From assembly GCA_002067815.1 (NCBI GenBank), contig MVQR01000001.1:1-41291 (forward strand): a stretch of 41,291 nt of DNA, in the 5' to 3' direction. Source of the DNA: Syntrophus sp. PtaB.Bin001 (GTDB lineage Bacteria > Desulfobacterota > Syntrophia > Syntrophales > Syntrophaceae). The stretch's first letter is position 1. Every line of letters begins with the position of its first letter. Under the pieces are notes generated by a model. It had not been told where the DNA came from. It searched no databases and was given only the letters and a program-made list of their open reading frames with translations. Shown in pieces: positions 17,872-26,547 of the stretch. A program made the translations under genes and the position numbers.

Positions 17872-18887
17872 TTGAATGCTCCTGTTTTGCCGGTTGATTC
17901 TGCAATCAGCTTTTCCACCTCGGATTTTCCAAGTAACCGGATCGCCACTTGCAGAAGCGGGTTGTCGGCCCCATCCTTAAGGACCGCGAAATCAGGAGAA
18001 CCGATTATGTCCCGGATAGCCGCCTGGACCAGATTGCTTTCCGCTCCCTCAAGCTTTCCTGCCAGAAACCGGGCAGTGTTTTTTAGCCGGGTCTTCCCCG
18101 GATTCGTATCAAATCCGGGATCGATGCCCTCAGGCACCTGGATGACCTCACCGGTTCGCTTGTTTAGCCAATCCCGGTATTTGATTTGCGGAGCCTCTGT
18201 CTTGACCGGCATCATTCGCTCTTTCCGCCTTCCGGTCGGTAATCCGGTTTCGGGATCTCGTTCGGGCAAAGCTTTTGGATCGGGAATCCCCATCCTTTCC
18301 AGGTCTTGTTTTTCCGCTTCGCTTACCTGGCGGACATGACATTTGCAGCCGTAGGCGTTGATCGGCATATGAGTGTTCCACCAGGGATCGTCGATGGGAA
18401 GCAGGGTCCCGTTCCAGTTCAGGTGTTCCGGCCGGTGCTTCTTTGCCGATCCGACCTGATAGAGCAAATATGGCAATGCCTTTTTTGTCCGCTGTGCCCT
18501 TTGCCATTGCCCGGCGGCTCTGGCCGTCCGGCAGTTGACGTCGTAGATGGTTTTCAATCGCCGGGGACTGCCCAACTGAACGTCCAGAGTTTTTCCCGTC
18601 AGCGGGTCTGTCTGAGCCTGCCTTCCCCACCAGCCAAGCCGTTGTAAGGTGGGCATCAAAGTCTTTTGAAATTCCCGCAGGGTGATTCCTTCAGCAATGG
18701 CTTTTTCGACCTCTGTGCGGATCGCCTGGAGCACGTCCATCTGAGTGGCCTTGGCCACCGTGAATGCGACCGCATGTTCTTCCCTCCAGACGTCCCGGTA
18801 ATCCCATCCAGGCTTCCAGCCCTTGTTTTTTATGTAATCGACAGCCTCTTTCGGTGCCGGTCCGGGAAATTTCTTTTTCGAGGCCAT
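17868..18887 (-). CDS. Minor head protein (Mu gpF/gp30-like)
   Basis: AFTVAKA, RRLKTIY..N.RTA..AG.W, HR.EH and DDPWW..H.P.N..GC.C.V motifs; start ATG 18887. Confidence 0.92.
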   Translation of the reverse strand: MASKKKFPGPAPKEAVDYIKNKGWKPGWDYRDVWREEHAVAFTVAKATQMDVLQAIRTEVEKAIAEGITLREFQKTLMPTLQRLGWWGRQAQTDPLTGKTLDVQLGSPRRLKTIYDVNCRTARAAGQWQRAQRTKKALPYLLYQVGSAKKHRPEHLNWNGTLLPIDDPWWNTHMPINAYGCKCHVRQVSEAEKQDLERMGIPDPKALPERDPETGLPTGRRKERMMPVKTEAPQIKYRDWLNKRTGEVIQVPEGIDPGFDTNPGKTRLKNTARFLAGKLEGAESNLVQAAIRDIIGSPDFAVLKDGADNPLLQVAIRLLGKSEVEKLIAESTGKTGAFK

Positions 18888-18888
18888 G

Positions 18889-20490
18889 CTACACCTCGTC
18901 AGTAGCGGCACCCATCGCTCGTGCCTTCAGCATGGCCGACGCAAGGGAGACGGTGAGCTGCTCGCCGCTTTGTTCCGGGTACAATTCGGCAAGACGATCC
19001 AGCAGGTCCTTTAGGGTGCCGCCGGATCTCACCAGTTTCTCAACCAGGGATGCCAGGGGAGCCAGCAGCGGCTTCACAACCGGTTCCCAATCATCAAGAG
19101 CCTCGTTCACAAGCGCATCCACGGCATCCTCACCGTCAACCGTTTCATGATTTGCGGATATGCCGCAGGATGGGCAAGCGTGTGTTTCACGGTTGGCGGC
19201 AACGTCTTGCTTTTCTGGCGGTTCATCTTTTGCCGGTTGGGCAGTTCCGGCAGCGGACAGCAACTCCGCATTCTTAGGCGGATCGGGCAGCCCCAGCTTG
19301 TCGCGGATAACGGACTGCTCGACCTTAAGCCCCAGCGGCACCAGTTTATTCAGGGCATCGGCCAATGCGGCCACGTCCTCTTTCTCGACAGATCTTAGAA
19401 GGATGACAGGATAGTTTTCCTGCGGCCCGAAATTGAGGTCGATGAACGGCCGGACGAGATCCCGGTTCAGGGTCTCTTCGACCTGCTCGGCGTCGTCGTC
19501 ACGGATGTCGTCGCGGACTTCCGACTGCAGCTTTTCCTCTCCCAGCTTGCCGGGTGTGCCGCCTGAGGACGACGTCTGCCCGAGGACGGCCTTGCTGATC
19601 AGGTTGTCCATGTACTCGGCGAGGATCTTGAAGAACTCGTTTGCCCCGGAGGACTTTCCCGCCTCGATCAGCTCGATCATCATGGAGTCCGGGAAAACGG
19701 CGGCGGCATCGCTGCCCAAGTTGGCCACCGCCATCTTCAGAATGTCGATGTCGGATTTTGACGTGCCGTTCTGGTATTTCCCCATTCTGAGCGGCATGCC
19801 GAAAACCTCGGCGAAGGCCATCCAGTCCTTGACCGTGTAGCCGGAACACATGAACGCCCAGGCCGCGAGTCTCGCCAAACCATTGCGGATCGGGATGCCC
19901 GATTTGATTACGGGGATGTGGACGATGAACTTGTACGGAGCCAGGGGAATACCCTCGGCCATGTTTGCCTCATCCCTCAGGCGCAGTTCCGAGCGGCTTA
20001 CCATGTCCCACTGGAAATACCGGGGATCTCGCCATTTATAGTTCGGCATCCAACGGGGTCCGGAGCGGTCCCAGAGGATCTCGACAACACTGAAGCCCTT
20101 GGCGATGCCGTCCAGGAGATTCTTGATCATGCTGCGGGTGCCCGGTCGTCTGATGACGTCCCGTAGGGCATCCGCCAGGTCCTTGTCCGTTTTACTGTCG
20201 CTGTAGGCTTCCACGGTCAGGGGCAATCTTGAGACGGCAAGTTTTCGTTTCGCCAGCTCGGCTGCGTAATGGAGGTTCCTCTCTTCCATCTCTTCGGCCA
20301 GGCTCAGGTAACGGTCGTGATTGCCTTCGGCGGCATCCTGAAGCAGAGCGGCCAGGCGTTGCGGCGTGAGCCCGGCGGCCACCTGGTCCGTCCAGACCGT
20401 CCGCACTCCGGCCAATGTAGGAGCCGCCAATTCCTGGGTAAGCTGCTCGCGTTCGATCGGCCTTCCGTATGCGTCAACCAGTGTCGACAT
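18889..20490 (-). CDS. Portal protein (Mu gp29/DUF935)
   Basis: LAEEMEE, KGFSV.EI.W, W..F.E.FG.P.R.GKY and SKAVLGQT motifs; start ATG 20490. Confidence 0.93.
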   Translation of the reverse strand: MSTLVDAYGRPIEREQLTQELAAPTLAGVRTVWTDQVAAGLTPQRLAALLQDAAEGNHDRYLSLAEEMEERNLHYAAELAKRKLAVSRLPLTVEAYSDSKTDKDLADALRDVIRRPGTRSMIKNLLDGIAKGFSVVEILWDRSGPRWMPNYKWRDPRYFQWDMVSRSELRLRDEANMAEGIPLAPYKFIVHIPVIKSGIPIRNGLARLAAWAFMCSGYTVKDWMAFAEVFGMPLRMGKYQNGTSKSDIDILKMAVANLGSDAAAVFPDSMMIELIEAGKSSGANEFFKILAEYMDNLISKAVLGQTSSSGGTPGKLGEEKLQSEVRDDIRDDDAEQVEETLNRDLVRPFIDLNFGPQENYPVILLRSVEKEDVAALADALNKLVPLGLKVEQSVIRDKLGLPDPPKNAELLSAAGTAQPAKDEPPEKQDVAANRETHACPSCGISANHETVDGEDAVDALVNEALDDWEPVVKPLLAPLASLVEKLVRSGGTLKDLLDRLAELYPEQSGEQLTVSLASAMLKARAMGAATDEV

Positions 20491-20641
20491 ATCTCTCACC
20501 CCAAACACACTGCGCAGGTCGATTCCAAAAAGCCCTTTTGAGGGCCGTTGACATAGTTATAAACGGTGTCAATGAAAATACCGGCCATCTTTACGGTCAG
20601 ACTCCTCCAAATCGATTTTGAGGCATTTTCCGGCATAGTGA

Positions 20642-22213
20642 TCACCAGAGCCCTGCATTGCGTCCCAAACCGGCCGTACAGACCACGGGACGAGGTTTTT
20701 CAAAGACGTCTTCCTTCTTTACGGAAGAATAGGCGTATTGGACACAGCCGCCCTGCAAGTTGCTGATCGCCATTTCCGCGGCGTCAGGGCCGTCGTCATG
20801 GACGGCCGGATTGAAGATGTAGACGAACTGCTCGATCAATATCTTTTGATCGCTGTGGTTCTTCTCGAAGAGGATCTTCCCGTGCTCCCACAGATAGCTG
20901 CAGGTGCCGACGATCCGGGCGATCTTGTTGGCGTTGTGCTGTATCGGGTCCCAGGGCAGATATCGACCCTCATCCTTGGCGTAGTTCTGGATCGCCTCAT
21001 GGAGGAAATCCTTGAACATGTTCTCCTCGATGACGACGATCCCCGGATAGGTGTCGTTCTGCCGATAGGCCGCGGCAAACATCTCGCTGATCGGGCGGCG
21101 CTTGATCCAGGCATGCATGCAGGGGAAAATCATCTCCCTGGGGTCCAATCCGAAAGTGACGACTGACCGGAAGTCGCTTCCCTTGGTGCTCGTTCCGGAG
21201 GCGTCCACGGCGGTGCAGAAGATCAGTTCGCGATTGACCACCTCGATCCGCTCGAAGTATTTGACCTGCTCTTCCGGAAACGGGGTGTCCTCGGTGCCGA
21301 CCTTGTTGCGGTACTCCTTGTTGAAGGTGAACGTGCCGACGTCGTGCTTTTTCTTCATCAGCCTTTCCATCGGCCAATTGGCGGGCCACAGGGAGCGTTC
21401 CTCCGGAGTCCCTTCATCCAGGATGGCGTCATACACCTTGGAGACGTAACGGCGCTTCCCTTCGTCGTCCTCCTCGGCGATCAGTTTGGAGATGGCGGAA
21501 AGCGGATGGAAGAGGTTGCCGACCATGATCGCCGAGTAGCCTTTACCCAGGGAGCCCAGGACGGCCCCACGAATCCAGTCGATGATTTTCTTCGTGGTCC
21601 GTGGATTCTCGACGGTCTCGTCGTTTTCCATGTCGTCGAAAATCGCCATGTCCGGCCGGTACTGGCGGTAACGGATGCCGCGAACCTTGTCTCCCCGGCC
21701 GCGGGCCAGGACCTTGACGCCGTTTGCCGTCTCGAACTCATCGTCACTCCAGTTCTTCGTCTTGAACGTACCGAAGTCATGCTTGAGCCGCGGGTTCTCT
21801 TCCAATTCCAATTTGATCTGCAGGCTGAAAGCCGCCGCCTGCTCGTGCGTGTCGGAGCAGGGCCAGATAAACCGTTTCAGTCCATAGACGATCTTGTGAA
21901 CCGGATTGCCCAGGGTGAAAAAGGTGGATTTCGCGAACTCGCGGGGAGCGCCGACCAGGGCGAACTGATCCTCCAGCCAGGTTATTTCCTCCCATTCCGG
22001 GTGGCACTCGCCAAAGGGCACGCTGAAGTAATGCGGCAGATAGGTGGAGAAGAAATAGAGCAGGTCGGTTTCCCCCCGCATCTTTCTTTCCAACTGTTTC
22101 TCAGGCGTATCGTTTTCGAAGGGGGAGACTGATTCGCGAATCCACTTCTTCAGCTCCTCGACCTGCTTGTCGAACTGCCCCTCGGTAAGATTCGGCCGTT
22201 TACGCATTGCCAT
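20642..22213 (-). CDS. Terminase large subunit
   Basis: APRE.AKST Walker A-like motif, RG.R..RPD..I.DD.E Walker B region and C-terminal HDDGPDA nuclease motif. Confidence 0.9.
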   Translation of the reverse strand: MAMRKRPNLTEGQFDKQVEELKKWIRESVSPFENDTPEKQLERKMRGETDLLYFFSTYLPHYFSVPFGECHPEWEEITWLEDQFALVGAPREFAKSTFFTLGNPVHKIVYGLKRFIWPCSDTHEQAAAFSLQIKLELEENPRLKHDFGTFKTKNWSDDEFETANGVKVLARGRGDKVRGIRYRQYRPDMAIFDDMENDETVENPRTTKKIIDWIRGAVLGSLGKGYSAIMVGNLFHPLSAISKLIAEEDDEGKRRYVSKVYDAILDEGTPEERSLWPANWPMERLMKKKHDVGTFTFNKEYRNKVGTEDTPFPEEQVKYFERIEVVNRELIFCTAVDASGTSTKGSDFRSVVTFGLDPREMIFPCMHAWIKRRPISEMFAAAYRQNDTYPGIVVIEENMFKDFLHEAIQNYAKDEGRYLPWDPIQHNANKIARIVGTCSYLWEHGKILFEKNHSDQKILIEQFVYIFNPAVHDDGPDAAEMAISNLQGGCVQYAYSSVKKEDVFEKPRPVVCTAGLGRNAGLW

Positions 22214-22697
22214 CGGACATGCACTCCGTCTTGAATTTCATCGTCATTGCGTCAAAATTGCTTGCCAGGACCTTCAGCCCCTCCGGATCATTCTCACGCA
22301 GCCAGGCAGCGACCCACTGCAGATTCTCCAGGAACACCTTCGCCTTGTCGTATCCCGCCCCCTGGCTCTCGACTGCCTTGAACTTCACGACCAGAGCCCC
22401 GAGCTTGGAAAGATTATCGAGGGTGCACCCCTCGATCGCTCCCGGCTGCCGCTCTTCGGCGAAGGTCAGCTCCCTCTCCAGGAGCGCTTCCATCCTAAGT
22501 CCGAAGGACGCCTTGCGGGATCGGGCCTTGTCCCACTCGTCAAACTCCTCGCCCGGCTTTTTGGTCTGGCTCTTCCAGGAGGAAAGGGTTTGCCGGGAAA
22601 CTCCCAGGTCGGCTTCGATGGCAGTCAGTGATTTCCCGTCGACGTACATCTGCCGGGCAAGAGGTTCCAATTGTACGCGGGCTCCCTTTTCGGCCAT
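22200..22697 (-). CDS. Putative terminase small subunit (N-terminal HTH, DUF1804-like)
   Basis: HTH SLTAIEADLGVSRQTLSSWK plus WDKAR; immediately upstream of TerL. Confidence 0.7.
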   Translation of the reverse strand: MAEKGARVQLEPLARQMYVDGKSLTAIEADLGVSRQTLSSWKSQTKKPGEEFDEWDKARSRKASFGLRMEALLERELTFAEERQPGAIEGCTLDNLSKLGALVVKFKAVESQGAGYDKAKVFLENLQWVAAWLRENDPEGLKVLASNFDAMTMKFKTECMSDGNA

Positions 22698-22942
22698 TAC
22701 GTAAGCTCCGCCTCCAGGCGCTTAATCTCGGCAAGGGTGACGTTAAGGTCCGCCCATTTGGATTTCAGTTCATCCCACTGGCTGTCCACTTCATTGACAG
22801 GCAGTTCCTCAGGATTCTTGAGGCCGCAATCCAGATTGATGGAGATGGTTTGGGCCAGACTCTCGATTTCCATCCGCAGGCGTCGGGCGCTGTGTTCGAG
22901 GTTTGTTTTTTTCACCCGCCGCATTTCGTTCTGTACGCTCAT
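22697..22942 (-). CDS. Hypothetical coiled-coil protein
   Basis: Coupled ORF in the late operon; probable start MSVQNE at 22942. Confidence 0.7.
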   Translation of the reverse strand: MSVQNEMRRVKKTNLEHSARRLRMEIESLAQTISINLDCGLKNPEELPVNEVDSQWDELKSKWADLNVTLAEIKRLEAELT

Positions 22943-22946
22943 GAGT

Positions 22947-23270
22947 TCATCCCGGACGTTTGGCCATAATTTCATGGCAGGGTGTGCGGTTCTTCAGGTA
23001 TGTAACCAGTTCCGTGGTAGCCGCCGTGGAAAGACGGATCGTGTCGGCCTGCTCGGAGGCAACCTTCTCATAGTTCTTCACGAGCTTGACGTTGTTCTCG
23101 TACATCTTCAAAGCCGCTTCGTGCCGCTTTTCCATTGATCGGGATACCAGCCACAGGACAATCCAGGGGCCGAAAACGACGGCGGCGATAATGGAGCCGA
23201 TGGGCCAGGTGCCCACCTTGGATACGGTAGCCGAAATGGCCGTAAGAGCCGCAATCTGCTCAGGGGTCAT
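22947..23270 (-). CDS. Membrane protein (possible holin/lysis-associated)
   Basis: N-terminal hydrophobic segment followed by a helical tail; ATG 23270 overlaps the stop of the TraR/DksA gene. Confidence 0.65.
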   Translation of the reverse strand: MTPEQIAALTAISATVSKVGTWPIGSIIAAVVFGPWIVLWLVSRSMEKRHEAALKMYENNVKLVKNYEKVASEQADTIRLSTAATTELVTYLKNRTPCHEIMAKRPG

Positions 23271-23530
23271 TTGCCAGTCCTTTCTTTTTCTCTTTGGCAC
23301 TCCACACAGCGGATAGCCTTGGGGACGGCTTCCAATCTAGCCGCCCCGATCTCTTCGCCGCAGTCAATGCAGCGACGCCTTTCCCCCGGTCCCGCTCCTT
23401 TCGGATGAAAGCCGGGGCTTCGGCTTTCTTCACTCCCCAAAAAGTTATCCCGTTTCCCGGCATAGTGTTTCCTCAGGGACACCTGCCGGAAGAATTCTTC
23501 GCTCTCCTGAGCCAGGTCAATCTCGTCCAT
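23267..23530 (-). CDS. TraR/DksA C4-type zinc-finger protein
   Basis: MDEID.A N-terminus and CIDCGEEI..ARL.A.P..IRCVECQ. Confidence 0.9.
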   Translation of the reverse strand: MDEIDLAQESEEFFRQVSLRKHYAGKRDNFLGSEESRSPGFHPKGAGPGERRRCIDCGEEIGAARLEAVPKAIRCVECQREKERTGK

Positions 23531-23704
23531 TTATGACTGCTGCACTGTTCCTCCAGTGACATTTGAATCCTTCGCAAACACGGCAAGCAAGGTAAGCCCG
23601 ATCACACTGACCGCCTGGCCGAGTTCCTGAGGAAGGCCGATTAAAGGAAAGATTTGTCCCAATGCGCCCACTGTTCCGAATAATGTCGTTTTCCAGTTCT
23701 TCAT
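23531..23704 (-). CDS. Small holin-like membrane protein (57 aa; not in ORF track)
   Basis: MKNWKTTLFGTVGALGQIFPLIGLPQELGQAVSVIGLTLLAVFAKDSNVTGGTVQQS; two hydrophobic segments; GGAGGG SD. Confidence 0.7.
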   Translation of the reverse strand: MKNWKTTLFGTVGALGQIFPLIGLPQELGQAVSVIGLTLLAVFAKDSNVTGGTVQQS

Positions 23705-23746
23705 AATTCCCTCCAGATGGTTAAAATAGTTGATTAAATGGACTGC

Positions 23747-24142
23747 CTAATCATCCTTCCTGAAGTGTGATGCACCGCCCAGTCTTACTCCGAGCCATTC
23801 CTTGTCGTTTTGGATATGGTCGATCCAGCCGGGATAAAGGGCATCCATCAACTCATGGAACATTTCATCCCAGGCCTCCCGCGGAAAATCATAAGGACAA
23901 TCATCGTCATAACCGAAATCATGAGGCACGGCGGCAGGCCAAGCCCTGTCACGGTACTTTTCATAAACAATAGGTATCTTGGGGATGCTCGGCCCGTCCG
24001 TCCGCGTTCCTGCCGGAACAACTATCCGCCCGACATGTTTGCTGTTGATTATGAACGGTTCCGCGACTTCCCAGTGACCGTCGGTTAACCACCGCAGGAC
24101 AAGGTCCGTTTCGAAACATTCCGGAAGATTTGAGAGCTTCAT
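23747..24142 (-). CDS. DUF1353-like protein
   Basis: IVVPAG..TDG.SIP, AAV.HD..Y, D..F.E.M and GVRLGG signature; first gene after the late leader. Confidence 0.8.
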   Translation of the reverse strand: MKLSNLPECFETDLVLRWLTDGHWEVAEPFIINSKHVGRIVVPAGTRTDGPSIPKIPIVYEKYRDRAWPAAVPHDFGYDDDCPYDFPREAWDEMFHELMDALYPGWIDHIQNDKEWLGVRLGGASHFRKDD

Positions 24143-24173
24143 TTCGCTGCCTTCTTCACTCTGTGATTCCCTC

Positions 24174-24242
24174 AAATAAAACCGCCGGTTTGTCCGGGAG
24201 CGGAGTTTGAAGACTCCGCTCCCGGTAAAGCCGACAGTCTTC
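24174..24242 (-). terminator. Long hairpin followed by a U-rich tract in the late-operon leader (terminator/attenuator-like)
   Basis: Perfect 13-bp stem 24194-24206/24213-24225 and an outer stem 24181-24188/24231-24238 whose G-U pairs form on the minus strand; followed by TTTATTT. Confidence 0.6.
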
Positions 24243-24342
24243 GTCAGGAGGTGTTTAATTGAATGGGAATTTAAAGGATGTTGAAACTTAAGGCCACGAA
24301 ACTACTTGGGGAATTGAACTGTAGATATGCTGGGGGGATAAG

Positions 24343-24657
24343 CTATTCGTCAAAGAGTCCTGCCTGCTCATAGACGGGCTTTTTCCTTAAGATCTCACGA
24401 ATCCAGGTCTCCGTGAGCCCGTACTTGCGGGCCAGTTCACGGTGATTGAATCCGTTGAATTCCGTGCGGATCTTTTCGTCACGTTTTTGCAACAACAGGC
24501 TGTCGATCTTCCGGAAGTAGAAGTCCATGCCGCCGATGTGACGGGAAAGCTTGAGGGTGTTTTCAATGCCGATGATACCGGCGATCACTTGATATGACTC
24601 GGGAAGGCTCTCTATGGAAATGTCTTGCGCAATTTCGGCGATCCAGTCGTTATTCAT
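24343..24657 (-). CDS. mor: Mor/C family transcription activator
   Basis: GG..FY, RD..I..EFNG.N..ELARKYGLT..WIR.I; last early gene before the late leader. Confidence 0.9.
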   Translation of the reverse strand: MNNDWIAEIAQDISIESLPESYQVIAGIIGIENTLKLSRHIGGMDFYFRKIDSLLLQKRDEKIRTEFNGFNHRELARKYGLTETWIREILRKKPVYEQAGLFDE

Positions 24658-25121
24658 GGTCTCTTTTCCTGATGTTCGAGAAGGCCCTTGAGGCCCTCGA
24701 TGGCGTTCGACGCCTCGTCGGCCGTCTTGATCCGGTCGATCTTCATGTATTTTTTAAGCCACTTGGAAAAGCCGTCTTCGACCTTCCAGGCGATCTTTTT
24801 CACGAGCACATCGATCATTTCCAACTGATCCCGCGACGGCAGCAAAACCACGTTGCCGGACTTTGACCTTTGCCAGCGGGTACGCCGGGCGGTCCCGCCG
24901 GTCTTGATGTAATTTGATTTGATTTTGAACCCCAGGGTCTTTACAAAATAATTGATGACACTGTCCGCTTCAAAGTAAGTCAGTTCCTTGCTGGAATTCT
25001 TTTTCCCTTTGGTCTGTGCGCCGAGAATCAGCCGGTAATCGTCTTCCGACAGACCGAGCTGGGTGCGGGCGATATGCATCAACTGGATTTGTTTCGCATC
25101 AATCATCTTCGCAGCCATCAT
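24654..25121 (-). CDS. gemA: GemA/gp16 (DUF1018) family protein
   Basis: IQ..HIA..QLGL..DDYR..L, S.K.L and A...IE.LK motifs. Confidence 0.85.
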   Translation of the reverse strand: MMAAKMIDAKQIQLMHIARTQLGLSEDDYRLILGAQTKGKKNSSKELTYFEADSVINYFVKTLGFKIKSNYIKTGGTARRTRWQRSKSGNVVLLPSRDQLEMIDVLVKKIAWKVEDGFSKWLKKYMKIDRIKTADEASNAIEGLKGLLEHQEKRP

Positions 25122-25621
25122 ACCTGCTTCCATTTCTTTTTCAGGTCATCGACGGCCTGACGTGCCGCCTCGGACATCTGCACCGGCTGTTCCTCTTCTT
25201 CCGGGCGTCGTTTCCGTCTGGCGGCTTCCCGATCCGCTTCCATCCTTGCGGCCAGTTCCGCAGCGATCTCCCAGGCCACATGCCGCAGATAGTTATGGTT
25301 CTTCAATCCCTTCGGTCCGGTTGCAATAGTTGTTTCCATTGCCTTGCCCCAGATCTCCGCAGGACAGGGCCGCGTCTCGCCGCCCTGCCAGTGGACTGTT
25401 CCAGTCTCGACCAGTTCTTTCAGGCTCCGGGCAACGACAAGGGCTCGTTTCCAGGGAAGGGCCTTGGTCCCCTGGCGGAAAAGCCCAAAATAAGAGAGGC
25501 TCTGACGCAGCACAGGAGGCGGCAACTGCGTCAGGGTCTTGAAGAAATACCGGATGGCCGTGTCGTTAGTCCAGGCTTCCGCGCTGGCAATGGCTCCGCA
25601 ACTCGGACAAACAAGCCTCAT
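25118..25621 (-). CDS. Mu-like early hypothetical protein with N-terminal CxxC
   Basis: MRLVCPSCGA, Y.GLFR, LKNH.YL; coupled to both neighbours. Confidence 0.75.
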   Translation of the reverse strand: MRLVCPSCGAIASAEAWTNDTAIRYFFKTLTQLPPPVLRQSLSYFGLFRQGTKALPWKRALVVARSLKELVETGTVHWQGGETRPCPAEIWGKAMETTIATGPKGLKNHNYLRHVAWEIAAELAARMEADREAARRKRRPEEEEQPVQMSEAARQAVDDLKKKWKQV

Positions 25622-26152
25622 CTATGCCGCCTTCTGAGCTTCCTTCAGCTCATCTTCCTTGAGCAGGGCGTCGACAAACTTGTCTATCTCGCTGTCCGTG
25701 CTTTTGATCACAACCTGGTCGCTGCTATCCTCGACAGTCACACCGATCCGCTTCAGATCTACTGCGGGCAGGTTCGCCAGGGCGTCTTTTATCGGTTTTT
25801 CCGTGGTCTTGATCAGGATGTCTTCCTGGTCGGGCAGGTGTTTTTTAATCAGTTTGATCACCTGGTCGTCGTCCGCCCAGGAGATCTTTCCCTTCGCTTT
25901 CTGGAAACCGATCTTGACGCCGTGAAGGATCATGGTTTTCGGCTTCACAAAAAGAGACCGGCTTTCTTCCAGCGCCATTTTCAATATATTCTGCTTTTCC
26001 GCGACGGTATTGACCGCTACTTTGATCTTCGGCAAATGCTTGCGCCTGAGGACGGCGATTTCATCTTCCAGGGTGCTAACATGATCGATAAGTTTTTCCC
26101 GCTCTGCTGCAAATTCTTCCGTAAATTTTTCGATGTCTCCTAAACTTGCCAT
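25622..26152 (-). CDS. gam: Gam-like host-nuclease inhibitor
   Basis: Coiled coil followed by F.K.KT...G.KIGF.K.KG and E.P.K..L...LKRIG; early-region position; start ATG 26152. Confidence 0.7.
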   Translation of the reverse strand: MASLGDIEKFTEEFAAEREKLIDHVSTLEDEIAVLRRKHLPKIKVAVNTVAEKQNILKMALEESRSLFVKPKTMILHGVKIGFQKAKGKISWADDDQVIKLIKKHLPDQEDILIKTTEKPIKDALANLPAVDLKRIGVTVEDSSDQVVIKSTDSEIDKFVDALLKEDELKEAQKAA

Positions 26153-26168
26153 ATTCATTATCCTTTCT

Positions 26169-26345
26169 TTAATTTTCCGTACCGGCACTAAAAATACTTG
26201 CCAGGATCGCGGGATTGTTGTACGAGCATATCGCCGTGTCGATTTGATCGTTCCGTACTCTGCAGAAAAGTCCATTGCCTACGCGATGTTTGCCCGTGAC
26301 TTCCGTAAAGAGATTGGCTTCATTTTCTAAGTTATTATTCGACAC
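26169..26345 (-). CDS. Small hypothetical protein (58 aa), possibly decayed
   Basis: GTG start behind a G-rich SD; fills the gap upstream of gam. Confidence 0.4.
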   Translation of the reverse strand: MSNNNLENEANLFTEVTGKHRVGNGLFCRVRNDQIDTAICSYNNPAILASIFSAGTEN

Positions 26346-26381
26346 GGCACCCCCCCTTGGCCATTACCGCTTGATCTTCAC

Positions 26382-26534
26382 TCACCTCGACAGAATCCTT
26401 ACGAAAGCAGGACCGAAGTGAACCACAGCAAAGATAATCACGATCCAGCAGACCGCCCTCAGGTACCTCTCCTTTTGAAGTAGTTCATCGTCCCAAGGCT
26501 CCCGCTCGATATATGTTTGAAATCTCTTGATCAT
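26382..26534 (-). CDS. Small membrane protein (50 aa; not in ORF track)
   Basis: MIKRFQTYIEREPWDDELLQKERYLRAVCWIVIIFAVVHFGPAFVRILSR; GAAGGTG SD; one TM segment. Confidence 0.6.
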   Translation of the reverse strand: MIKRFQTYIEREPWDDELLQKERYLRAVCWIVIIFAVVHFGPAFVRILSR

Positions 26535-26547
26535 AGCGCCATCACCT

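Noticed and set aside
24330-24343. TGGGGGGATAA similar to TGGGGGATAA on the minus strand near 41121-41130
   Set aside because: Short, low-complexity match that cannot be distinguished from chance.
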